The position numbers and the translations under genes are program-made. From Candidatus Methanomethylophilaceae archaeon (GTDB taxonomy: Archaea > Thermoplasmatota > Thermoplasmata > Methanomassiliicoccales > Methanomethylophilaceae): a DNA stretch of 64,000 nt. Below the pieces are notes generated by a model. That model was not told the origin of the DNA, searched no databases, and worked only from the letters and a program-made list of their open reading frames with translations. This document shows positions 45,284 through 53,884 of this stretch, piece after piece (the first letter of the stretch is position 1; each line of letters starts with the position of its first letter). Location: NCBI GenBank assembly GCA_016297775.1, contig JAEDGA010000003.1, forward strand, positions 2,535 through 66,534, given 5' to 3'.

Positions 45284-45837
45284 GCTTGTATCCCCACGCA
45301 GTCGCAATGAGCGCAGACGAATTCATGTCCTGGTCGTCAGCCATGATCAACAACATGCTGTCGTCCGGAGTGAAGAGGACCGTCGACAAGCTGACCGGTC
45401 CCGTCTGGGCCTGGGCCATGAGGAACTCGATGCACCCGCTGCACTTCGGTCTGGCGTGCTGTGCTCTCGAGATGGCTGCCGCATCCGACACCAGGTACGA
45501 TGCGGAGCGTGTCGGTATGATCTACCGTTCTTCCCCCAGGCAGACCGATATTCTCATGATCAACGGATGGATCTCCAAGAAGCTCCGTCCCGACATCAGA
45601 CGTTTGTACGAGCAGATCCCCTCGCCCAAGTGGGTCGTCGCAATGGGTGAATGCGCCATCTCCGGCGGACCCTGGTACGACTCCTACAACATCGTTCAGG
45701 GACTCGATCAGATCGTGCCCGTGGATGTCTACATCCCCGGATGCCCCATCAAGCCCGATGCGATGATCGACGGATTCATGCTCCTGCAGAAGAAGATTGA
45801 CGCCTACTTCAGAAGAGGCAACTTCATGGTGGATTGA
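45274..45837 (+). CDS. nuoB: complex I-like subunit B
   Basis: FGLACCALEM ... SPRQTD ... AMGECAISGGPW ... IPGCP are the N2-cluster Cys motifs. AGGAGG lies 8 nt upstream. Confidence 0.95.
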   Translation: MDMSLYPHAVAMSADEFMSWSSAMINNMLSSGVKRTVDKLTGPVWAWAMRNSMHPLHFGLACCALEMAAASDTRYDAERVGMIYRSSPRQTDILMINGWISKKLRPDIRRLYEQIPSPKWVVAMGECAISGGPWYDSYNIVQGLDQIVPVDVYIPGCPIKPDAMIDGFMLLQKKIDAYFRRGNFMVD

Positions 45838-45842
45838 TTCTC

Positions 45843-46343
45843 ATGGCAGATGAAGCAAAGATTGAGAGCCCTTCCTACGACGATGTCATCTCCCTCATCA
45901 AGTCCAAGTTCGGAGACAAGGTGCAGTTCAGGGAGTCCACGAAGAAGAACGTGAGGTCCATCAACGAGAAGAGAAGGATCTTCATGTCCGCAGACAGGGA
46001 AATCCTCCTTGACCTCGCTTACTTCCTTCGCGACAAGCTCAATTTCGAGCAGGCATCGTGCGTCACCGGTGTTGACTGGGTCGACCACATGGAGGTCGTC
46101 TACCACATCACCAACTACTTCAACGCGATCACCGTCGAGATCAACGTCACCATTCCCGGGGACGATCTCCACGTACCCTCCGTCGCACCCGTATGGGGCG
46201 GTGCCAACTGGCACGAGAGGGAGACCTACGAACTCTTCGGAATCATTTTCGATGGCCACCCCAAGCTGGAGAGGCTCCTCACCCCGAAGAGCTACGAGTT
46301 CTATCCGTTCAGGAAGTCCTACAAACTCAGGGGGCAGCAGTAA
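45843..46343 (+). CDS. nuoC: complex I-like subunit C
   Basis: GANWHERETYELFGIIFDGHP is the NuoC signature. Alternative TTG start at 45834. Confidence 0.9.
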   Translation: MADEAKIESPSYDDVISLIKSKFGDKVQFRESTKKNVRSINEKRRIFMSADREILLDLAYFLRDKLNFEQASCVTGVDWVDHMEVVYHITNYFNAITVEINVTIPGDDLHVPSVAPVWGGANWHERETYELFGIIFDGHPKLERLLTPKSYEFYPFRKSYKLRGQQ

Positions 46344-47459
46344 ATGGCAGCAGAGAAGATGAACGCGGACCAGATGTGGCTCACGATGGGTCCGCAGCAC
46401 CCGTTCTCTCACGGACTCTGGACCCTTAGGGTCAAGGTCGACGGAGAGATCGTCACCGACGCAGAACCCGAGGTAGGTTACCTCCACCGCGGTTGGGAAA
46501 AGGAGTGCGAGCAGAGGACGTACCAGAAGATCATCCCCATGGCTGACCGTCTGTGCTATTCCGCATCCATGACCTGGTCCCACCTGTTCTGTAAGGTCGC
46601 AGAGGAGGCCCTTGACATCGAGGTCCCCGAGAGGGCACAGTACCTCCGTGTCGTGGCGGACGAGATCTGCCGTATCCAGTCCCACCTGATGTGGCTGGCA
46701 GCGGTCGGTACCGACGCAGGTAACCTCACCATATTCCTTTGGGCACTGAGGGAGAGGGAGTTCATGCTCGATCTCAACGTCAGGCTCTGCGGACAGAGGC
46801 TTACGACCAACTACCCCCGTATCGGTGGTGTAAGGAACGACATGCCCTACTACTTCGAGAGGGACTGCCTTAGAGGAATCGAGAGGTTCGAGAAGGCACT
46901 CTGGGATATCGTCAAGCTCACTGACGAGTCCTCTATCTTCGTCGGAAGGGTCAAGGGCATCGGATACATCAGCCGTGAGGAGTGCGCCAACCTCGGTATC
47001 ACCGGACCCGCAATGCGCGGATGCGGTGTAGACCATGATATCAGGCGCGACGACCCCTACGATGCATACGGAGATATGGACTTCTACGTACCCGTCTACA
47101 AGGACGGAGATGCATATTCCAGGTTCAGGGTCAGGATCGAGGAGATGTTCCAGTCCTGTTCCATCATCAAGCAGGCTATGAAGAAGCTGGAGTCCATCCC
47201 CAAGACCGCACCCTACAGGCTCAAGGTCCCCAAGGCAATCCCCGAGGGAACCCACATGGCAAGGATCGAGGATCCCCGTGGAGAGGGTCTCATGTACCTG
47301 ATCTCCGACGGAAGCGAGCAGCCCTACAGGCTCAAGGTCCGCAGTCCTGTCTTCGTGAACGTGTCCGCTTCCAAGCGCATGGTCCAGGGAGTCAGGATCG
47401 CAGATATCCCCACTGTCATGGCAATGATCGATATGTGTCTCGGAGAGACCGACAGGTGA
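46344..47459 (+). CDS. nuoD: complex I-like subunit D
   Basis: MGPQHPFSHG ... EVGYLHRGWEK ... RIEDPRGE. 371 aa. Confidence 0.95.
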   Translation: MAAEKMNADQMWLTMGPQHPFSHGLWTLRVKVDGEIVTDAEPEVGYLHRGWEKECEQRTYQKIIPMADRLCYSASMTWSHLFCKVAEEALDIEVPERAQYLRVVADEICRIQSHLMWLAAVGTDAGNLTIFLWALREREFMLDLNVRLCGQRLTTNYPRIGGVRNDMPYYFERDCLRGIERFEKALWDIVKLTDESSIFVGRVKGIGYISREECANLGITGPAMRGCGVDHDIRRDDPYDAYGDMDFYVPVYKDGDAYSRFRVRIEEMFQSCSIIKQAMKKLESIPKTAPYRLKVPKAIPEGTHMARIEDPRGEGLMYLISDGSEQPYRLKVRSPVFVNVSASKRMVQGVRIADIPTVMAMIDMCLGETDR

Positions 47460-47464
47460 TTCAT

Positions 47465-48691
47465 ATGGCTTACAGCAGCATTCTCAACTGGATCATCAAC
47501 AGGGACGACTGGGTGAACACCGTTGTCAACGGTGTGGACTACTCCGGTATCGTCAACATGTCCCCCTACGCGGGATACAACCTCCCCTATGACATCGGAG
47601 TCAAGATTTGGGAGAGTCTCGGTGGACTCATCGCATGGCTCATCAACCTGATCTTCCCCGGAAACCCCGTTTCCTACACTCTCGTTTCCGACCCCGTCAC
47701 CAACGCAATGGCCATCATCCTGATGGTCGTCGTCATCTTCGCCATCGGATTCGTCGTGAATCTAACGATGATCTGGCAGGAGCGTAAGTTCCTCGGTAGG
47801 CAGATGGACAGGCGTGGTACCATGATCGGACCTCTGGGATACTTCCAGTGTCTCGGAGACGGTCTCAAGACCTTCATGAAGGAGAACGTCGCACCCAGGG
47901 ACATCGACAAGAAGATCTACTGGTGGGGACTCACCCTCGTCATCGGAACCTCCGTTCTGCTGGCATGTATGATCCCCCTGTCCCCCAGGTGGTACATCGT
48001 CGACTTCAACACCGGTCTGTTGATCATCTTCGCATTCTTCGCTCTGGCACCGTTCCTCATCATGTGTGCGGGATGGGCTCAGAACAACAAGTATTCGCTC
48101 ATCGGAGGTCTCCGTGCGGCAGAGCTCATGATCTCTTACGAGGTCCCCATGCTCATCCTGTTCGCAGCGACCGTCTACATGACCGGATCCTTCAACATCG
48201 GAGACATCATCAGCTGGCAGGAGAACAACATCTGGCTCATCGTCCCCCAGATCCTCGGATTCATCGTCTGTGTCGTCTGTGCGGTCGCAGAGTCCGAGCG
48301 TGTGCCCTTCGACCTTTCCGAGGCCGAGGCCGAGCTCGTCGAGGGATGGCAGACCGAGTACGCAGGTATGAAGTGGGGTCTCATCATGCTCGGAGACTAC
48401 TTCAGAGGATACGTCGCATGTGCGCTCGTATGTATCATGTACCTCGGCGGATGGTCCATGCCGATCATCTCCAGCTTCGACTGGTACTATCAGTACCTGC
48501 CCGAGCTGTTCTTCGTTCTGAAGACATGCTTCGTGTTCATCTTCTTCATCACCGCAAGGGGTGCTCTGCCCCGTGTCAGGACCGATCAGATCGTCAACGT
48601 CGGATGGAAGGTTCTCATGCCTCTGGCCGTCGTCAACCTGGTCATCACCATCCTGGTAAAGTGGTTCATCGAGAACGGAGGTGTGTTCTGA
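47465..48691 (+). CDS. nuoH: complex I-like subunit H, with about 65-aa N-terminal extension
   Basis: WQERKFLGRQMDRRGTMIGPLGYFQCLGDGLKTFMKE is the NuoH signature, but it begins near residue 105. The SERVPFDLSEAEAELVEG loop is present. Confidence 0.9.
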   Translation: MAYSSILNWIINRDDWVNTVVNGVDYSGIVNMSPYAGYNLPYDIGVKIWESLGGLIAWLINLIFPGNPVSYTLVSDPVTNAMAIILMVVVIFAIGFVVNLTMIWQERKFLGRQMDRRGTMIGPLGYFQCLGDGLKTFMKENVAPRDIDKKIYWWGLTLVIGTSVLLACMIPLSPRWYIVDFNTGLLIIFAFFALAPFLIMCAGWAQNNKYSLIGGLRAAELMISYEVPMLILFAATVYMTGSFNIGDIISWQENNIWLIVPQILGFIVCVVCAVAESERVPFDLSEAEAELVEGWQTEYAGMKWGLIMLGDYFRGYVACALVCIMYLGGWSMPIISSFDWYYQYLPELFFVLKTCFVFIFFITARGALPRVRTDQIVNVGWKVLMPLAVVNLVITILVKWFIENGGVF

Positions 48692-49434
48692 TGGCTCAAC
48701 CCAGTGAATATTATTCCAAATACCCCAAGAAGTTCAAGGGTACCGGAATCCTCACGCCCGTGTGCAGGGTCCTTAAGCAGATGATTAAGACCACCTTCCA
48801 CAGGCCCGTGACCATCCTCTACCCTTACGAGAAGGAGTGGGTCCCGGACAACTACCGCGGACGCCCCGGACTCAGGTTCGACAGGTGTCTCGGATGCGGT
48901 ATCTGTGTCAGGGCATGCCCCACCACCTGTATCGAGCTCGTCGAGGTCGCGGATGACGATGGAAACATGGTCCTCAGGCCTCAGGTCAACGTCGGAAGGT
49001 GCATGATGTGCGGATACTGCGCAGAGTACTGCCCCGTCGATGCGATGACCACCACCACCGATTACGAGCTCGCAGAGTTCAACAGATATGATCTGATCTA
49101 CGACCCCCGCAGGCTCAACTTCGAGTACACCACCGACATGATGGAAGTGCACATCGAAGAGCACCTGATGTCCAACCTCGCGAAGGGCATCACCGATCAG
49201 CCCACCGCATTCTACAACCCCGACAGGCCCGTCCTGGAGGACAAGAAGTGCATCGGCTGTCAGAAGTGTGCAAAGGTCTGCCCCGTAAACGCCATCGAGA
49301 TGGTCGTCGTAGGACAGAACGACAAAGGAAAGGACATCAAGCGCCCCAAGATCGATGAGAAGACCTGTATCTCATGCAGCAACTGTATCATCGATTGCCC
49401 GAAGGACGCGCTCAAGATGAACGAGGTGTTGTAA
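48691..49434 (+). CDS. nuoI: complex I-like subunit I with additional C-terminal 2x[4Fe-4S] ferredoxin-type domain
   Basis: 247 aa. Four CxxCxxCxxxCP motifs: CLGCGICVRACP, CMMCGYCAEYCP, CIGCQKCAKVCP and CISCSNCIIDCP. ATG overlaps the nuoH TGA by 1 nt. Confidence 0.9.
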   Translation: MAQPSEYYSKYPKKFKGTGILTPVCRVLKQMIKTTFHRPVTILYPYEKEWVPDNYRGRPGLRFDRCLGCGICVRACPTTCIELVEVADDDGNMVLRPQVNVGRCMMCGYCAEYCPVDAMTTTTDYELAEFNRYDLIYDPRRLNFEYTTDMMEVHIEEHLMSNLAKGITDQPTAFYNPDRPVLEDKKCIGCQKCAKVCPVNAIEMVVVGQNDKGKDIKRPKIDEKTCISCSNCIIDCPKDALKMNEVL

Positions 49435-49435
49435 A

Positions 49436-49765
49436 ATGGATGCAGGAGAAATCGTCAACAACGTTTTCAACTGGTGCGGTGAGGCTTTCGCCACATTCGC
49501 AAACAACCTCGATGCGTTCGCTTTCGTCGTGTTGGCAGCGATTGCCATCCTCGCAGCAATCCTCGTTGTGACCTCCAAAGAGATCATGCACAGCGCATTC
49601 TATCTCGCACTGGTCTTCACTTGTGTTGCGGTCACCTACTTCTTCCTCAACGCGGAACTCGTGGGTGTCATCCAGATGATGGTCTACGTCGGTGCTATCA
49701 CCATCCTCTTCGCGTTCAGCGTCATGCTGACCAGGAGGACGATCGTCGGAGAGGAGGATGAATAA
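49436..49765 (+). CDS. nuoJ: complex I-like subunit J, N-terminal part (split NuoJ)
   Basis: SAFYLALVFTCVAVTYFFLNAELVGVIQMMVYVGAITILFAFSVML is the NuoJ core. Ends with TAA. Confidence 0.85.
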   Translation: MDAGEIVNNVFNWCGEAFATFANNLDAFAFVVLAAIAILAAILVVTSKEIMHSAFYLALVFTCVAVTYFFLNAELVGVIQMMVYVGAITILFAFSVMLTRRTIVGEEDE

Positions 49766-50045
49766 GATGAACAGAAAGGCAGCAGCAATTCTGGCAATCA
49801 CCATGATCGCAGCGATCTCCGCAATCGGTATCTTCACCGAGTGGAACGACTTCGGCTACGCCGATGATGTTCCAGAGGCCGGAGTGCCCTTCATGCCCGA
49901 GAACGGGGTACTTGCTGACAACTCGCTCAACAAGGTACTGTTCGAGACCTACGGTCCCGTCATAATCGTTCTTGGAATCGTGATGTTCACAGCAATGATC
50001 GCCGGAGTATGTATCTCCAGAGAGGAGGAGGATACCGATGATTGA
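49758..50045 (+). CDS. complex I-like subunit J, C-terminal part (split NuoJ)
   Basis: 95 aa. LFETYGPVIIVLGIVMFTAMIAG matches the last NuoJ TM helix. Alternative ATG start at 49767. Confidence 0.7.
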   Translation: MNKMNRKAAAILAITMIAAISAIGIFTEWNDFGYADDVPEAGVPFMPENGVLADNSLNKVLFETYGPVIIVLGIVMFTAMIAGVCISREEEDTDD

Positions 50046-50340
50046 TATCTCGTTCTTCCTCGTATTCAGTGCGATCCTCTTCGGAATCGGTATGTTCGGA
50101 CTCATCTCCTCCAAGAGGGGACTGGTCACTCTGATGAGCATCGAGCTCATGCTCAACGCAGCGAACATCAACTTCGTCGCATTCGCCTCCTACGGCGGAC
50201 ACACCGATGGAATGGTATTCGTCATCTTCACCATCGCGATCGCGGCGGCTGAGGTTGCAGTCGGTATCGCTCTCATGCTCAACGCATACAAGATCCAGAA
50301 GACGACCGAAGTCGACAAGCTCTCGACCATGAGGTGGTAA
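50038..50340 (+). CDS. nuoK: complex I-like subunit K
   Basis: GMFGLISSKRGLVTLMSIELMLNAANINFVAF is the NuoK signature. 100 aa. Confidence 0.95.
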   Translation: MIDISFFLVFSAILFGIGMFGLISSKRGLVTLMSIELMLNAANINFVAFASYGGHTDGMVFVIFTIAIAAAEVAVGIALMLNAYKIQKTTEVDKLSTMRW

Positions 50341-50341
50341 T

Positions 50342-52375
50342 TTGATTGGTATACTCGATTATGTATGGCTTGTGCCCCTCGCCCCGGTCCTGTGCTTCGT
50401 CATCGCCGGATTCTTCGGAAAGAAGACTCCCCAGGGCGGAGGTTATATCGCGATCGCAGGTGCGCTCATCGCATTCATCATCGCGGCACTGGCCTCCTAT
50501 GATTACTTCACAAGCGACTACTATGCGAACAACATCGCATACACTGTAGAAATGGAATGGATGGCAGTCGGTGAATTCAGCATCAACTTCGGTGTCTACA
50601 TCGATACGCTGTCCTGTATCATGATGCTCTTCGCATCCTTCATCTCCACTCTGATCTTCATCTACTCGATCGGATACATGGATGACCAGGGTGTCAAGAA
50701 GACCAGGTACTACGCCGAGGTCTCCCTCTTCCTGACCGGAATGCTCGGGCTTGCTGTCTCCAGCAACTACCTCGAGATGTTCGTGTTCTGGGAGGTCATG
50801 GGTCTCTGTTCCTACCTGCTCATCGGATTCTGGAGCTTCACTCACCCCGAGGGTGATGAGGCTGCATTCAGAGCATCCTCTGCAGCAAAGAAGGCATTCC
50901 TCGTCACCCGTCTCGGTGACGTATGTCTGATGGCCGGACTCTTCGTCCTGCTCCACCTGTTCGGTTCCCTCGATTACGCGGACATCTTCAACTTCGATAT
51001 CGCAACCGTCGACTCCAACATGTTGATGGTCGCCATCCTGTTGATGTTCGCCGGTGTCGTAGGAAAGTCCGCACAGTTCCCCCTGCACGACTGGCTGCCC
51101 GATGCGATGGCCGGACCCACCACAGTCTCCGCGCTCATCCACGCAGCAACCATGGTCAAGGCAGGTATCTACCTCGTTGCAAGGTCCTACCCGATCTTCA
51201 TCCACTGCACCGATGCGATGATCATCGTCGCCGTCATCGGTGGTGTCACTGCGATCTACACAGCATCCATGGCACTCAACAACATGAACATCAAGAGGGT
51301 CCTCGCTTACTCCACTCTGTCCCAGCTCGGATACATGGTGCTCGCTCTCGGAGCAGGTGCCTACCTGATGTCCCTGGGTATCGAAGAGGGAGAGCCCGAG
51401 CTCATGCTCCTCGGAGGAGCCGGTTACGCAGCAGGTATCTTCCACATGATCAACCACGCGTTCTTCAAGGCGCTCCTCTTCCTGTGTTCCGGATCCGTCA
51501 TCCATGCGGTCGGAACCGAGGACATGCGCATGATGGGAGGACTCAGGACAAAGATGCCGATCACCGCATACACCATGCTCATCGGTTCCCTGTCCATCGC
51601 GGGTATCCCCATTCTGAGCGGATTCTGGTCCAAGGATCTGGTGCTCGAGGCTGCATTCGCACCCTTCCACCACGGACTCGGAGCAGGTTCCATCTTCATG
51701 GTGCTGTTCATCCTCGGAATGATCACCGCTTTCATGACCGCGTTCTACATGTTCCGCATGTGGTTCATGACCTTCTGCGGAGAGCCCCGCGGCCACTGCC
51801 ACGGTGAGTCTCCCAAGCCGATGACCGTACCTCTCTGCATCCTTGCAGTGTTCGCGGTCATCAGTGGTCTGTTCGTCGTGTTCGACGGATCGTACTACAT
51901 CCTCGAATCCCTCCGTACCACCATCGACACCGTGATCCCCTTCCACACCGGAATGGAGATCGTCGAGGAGATCTTCACCGCAATCCCCACCTATGTGGCG
52001 CTTGTGCTGGCGGTCGTCGGTATCGGAATCGCTTGGAAGCTGTACGTCAAGACACCCTACGATGCTGAGGCATTCAAGCCCGAGAACCACGGTGCACTCT
52101 ACAACTTCAACGCGAAGAGGCACTACTTCCCCGAGCTCTACAACTGGATCTCCTGGAAGTTCGGAGCCGGAGTCGCAAAGGGAGTCAACGCACTCGACGT
52201 CCATGTCATCGACGGAACCGTCAACGGACTGTCCAACGCAGTCGTCGGCGGAGGAGAGGGTCTCAGCGCGGTCCAGACCGGATACGTCCGCGACTACGCT
52301 GGTCTCGTCGCAGTCGGTGTCATCTCGATCCTGGCAGTGTTCTGCCTGATCTTCCTTTACGGAGGCGGATTCTGA
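50342..52375 (+). CDS. nuoL: complex I-like subunit L (antiporter-like)
   Basis: 677 aa. GKSAQFPLHDWLPDAMAGPTTVSALIHAATMVKAG. TTG start. Confidence 0.95.
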   Translation: MIGILDYVWLVPLAPVLCFVIAGFFGKKTPQGGGYIAIAGALIAFIIAALASYDYFTSDYYANNIAYTVEMEWMAVGEFSINFGVYIDTLSCIMMLFASFISTLIFIYSIGYMDDQGVKKTRYYAEVSLFLTGMLGLAVSSNYLEMFVFWEVMGLCSYLLIGFWSFTHPEGDEAAFRASSAAKKAFLVTRLGDVCLMAGLFVLLHLFGSLDYADIFNFDIATVDSNMLMVAILLMFAGVVGKSAQFPLHDWLPDAMAGPTTVSALIHAATMVKAGIYLVARSYPIFIHCTDAMIIVAVIGGVTAIYTASMALNNMNIKRVLAYSTLSQLGYMVLALGAGAYLMSLGIEEGEPELMLLGGAGYAAGIFHMINHAFFKALLFLCSGSVIHAVGTEDMRMMGGLRTKMPITAYTMLIGSLSIAGIPILSGFWSKDLVLEAAFAPFHHGLGAGSIFMVLFILGMITAFMTAFYMFRMWFMTFCGEPRGHCHGESPKPMTVPLCILAVFAVISGLFVVFDGSYYILESLRTTIDTVIPFHTGMEIVEEIFTAIPTYVALVLAVVGIGIAWKLYVKTPYDAEAFKPENHGALYNFNAKRHYFPELYNWISWKFGAGVAKGVNALDVHVIDGTVNGLSNAVVGGGEGLSAVQTGYVRDYAGLVAVGVISILAVFCLIFLYGGGF

Positions 52376-53871
52376 TGGATATTCCAATTCTTTCCTTACT
52401 CGTAATCATACCCTTAATCGGAGCTCTCGCAACGCTCTTCATGGGCGGACAGAGGGCTGAAAAGGCAAAGTACGTAGCCGTAGCGTTCTCCGCGATCGTC
52501 CTTGCGCTCGCGCTGTACGTCACCTTCGTGGGATACAACAACATGGCGGACCTCGCTGATCTGAAGGAGTCCTATGTCTGGTTCAAGGCAGCCGGTCTTC
52601 AGATGAACATCATCTTCGCCATCGATGGCCTCAGCATCCTGATGGTCCTCCTCACAGCCATCCTCGTCTTCCTCGTCGTCATCTTCTCTTGGCACGAGGA
52701 GGACAAGCCCAACTACTATCACGCGCTCCTGCTCGCGATGGAGGTCGGACTCATGGGTGTCTACATGGCACAGGACTTCTTCCTGTTCTACATCATGTGG
52801 GAGGTCACCCTCATCCCGATGTACTTCATGATCTCTTGGTATGGAGGACCCCGCAGACACTACTCTGCGATCAAGTTCTTCATCTACACGCACGTGGCAT
52901 CCGTCATCATGCTGATCGGAATCTTCGCTGTCGTGTTCCAGACCCAGATCGGTGCAGAGTACATCAGCTTCGCATTCGAGGCTGTCAGGAACGGCGCTAC
53001 CCTGGCACCCGCATTCCAGACGTTCTTCTTCGGTCTGCTCTTCTTCGGATTTGCAGTCAAGATGCCCGTCCCGCCCTTCCACACATGGCTGCCCGACGCA
53101 CACGTCGAGGCACCTACCGGAGGATCCGTCCTTCTGGCAGGAGTCATGCTTAAGATGGGATCCTACGGAATCATCAGGGTCTGCCTCGACAGCGCGATCT
53201 TCCCCGACGCAATGGCATTCTGGCAGCCCATCATGATCGGACTCGGAATCTTCGCCATGGTCTACGGAGCATACGCCTGTATCGCTCAGAACGACCTCAA
53301 GAAGATGGTCGCATACTCCTCCATCAGCCACATGGGAATGGTGCTGGTCGGTATGGGATGCAACTCCGTCATCGGAATCGAGTTCGCCATCTTCCAGATG
53401 TTCGCCCACGGAATCATCTCCGGTGTCCTGTTCATGGTCTGCGGTATCGCAGGTCACAACTTCGGTACCAGGGACATGCGTCTCCTCGGCGGACTCGCAG
53501 GAAAGTTCCCTGTATATGCACTGTTCATGATGTTCGGATTCATGGCATCCCTCGGACTGCCCGGTCTCATGGGATTCATAGCGGAGTTCGGTCTCCTCTT
53601 CGGACTTTGGGAATACCTGGTCTCCCAGGGACTCGAGGTCCTCATCGTATTCGGACTGCTGGACATGATGCTCACCGCAGGTTACTACCTCTGGGCTATG
53701 CAGAAGACCCTCTTCGGAAAGCTCACCGACAAGATCGATCTGACCCACTGCCACGACATCGCAAAGAACGAGGTCGCAGTGCTCGCAGTCCTCTGCGCAC
53801 TGATCGCGCTCTTCGGTATCTGGCCGACACTGGCTCTCGACTTCGTGATGCCTTTCGCAGGAGCATTCTAA
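52375..53871 (+). CDS. nuoM: complex I-like subunit M (antiporter-like)
   Basis: 498 aa. FAVKMPVPPFHTWLPDAHVEAPTGGSVLLAGVMLKMG. Confidence 0.95.
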   Translation: MDIPILSLLVIIPLIGALATLFMGGQRAEKAKYVAVAFSAIVLALALYVTFVGYNNMADLADLKESYVWFKAAGLQMNIIFAIDGLSILMVLLTAILVFLVVIFSWHEEDKPNYYHALLLAMEVGLMGVYMAQDFFLFYIMWEVTLIPMYFMISWYGGPRRHYSAIKFFIYTHVASVIMLIGIFAVVFQTQIGAEYISFAFEAVRNGATLAPAFQTFFFGLLFFGFAVKMPVPPFHTWLPDAHVEAPTGGSVLLAGVMLKMGSYGIIRVCLDSAIFPDAMAFWQPIMIGLGIFAMVYGAYACIAQNDLKKMVAYSSISHMGMVLVGMGCNSVIGIEFAIFQMFAHGIISGVLFMVCGIAGHNFGTRDMRLLGGLAGKFPVYALFMMFGFMASLGLPGLMGFIAEFGLLFGLWEYLVSQGLEVLIVFGLLDMMLTAGYYLWAMQKTLFGKLTDKIDLTHCHDIAKNEVAVLAVLCALIALFGIWPTLALDFVMPFAGAF

Positions 53872-53884
53872 GGAGTGTGAAAAA

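Noticed and set aside
45804-47255. 483-aa minus-strand ORF opposite nuoC/nuoD
   Set aside because: It is antisense to conserved NuoC/NuoD and crosses a gene boundary, which real genes on the opposite strand would not mirror.
50279-52387. 702-aa ORF on the minus strand spanning the whole of nuoL
   Set aside because: It is antisense to an unmistakable NuoL. Its translation is rich in Asp/Glu/His/Gly/Cys and of low complexity. It is typical of stop-free antisense frames in GC3-rich coding DNA.
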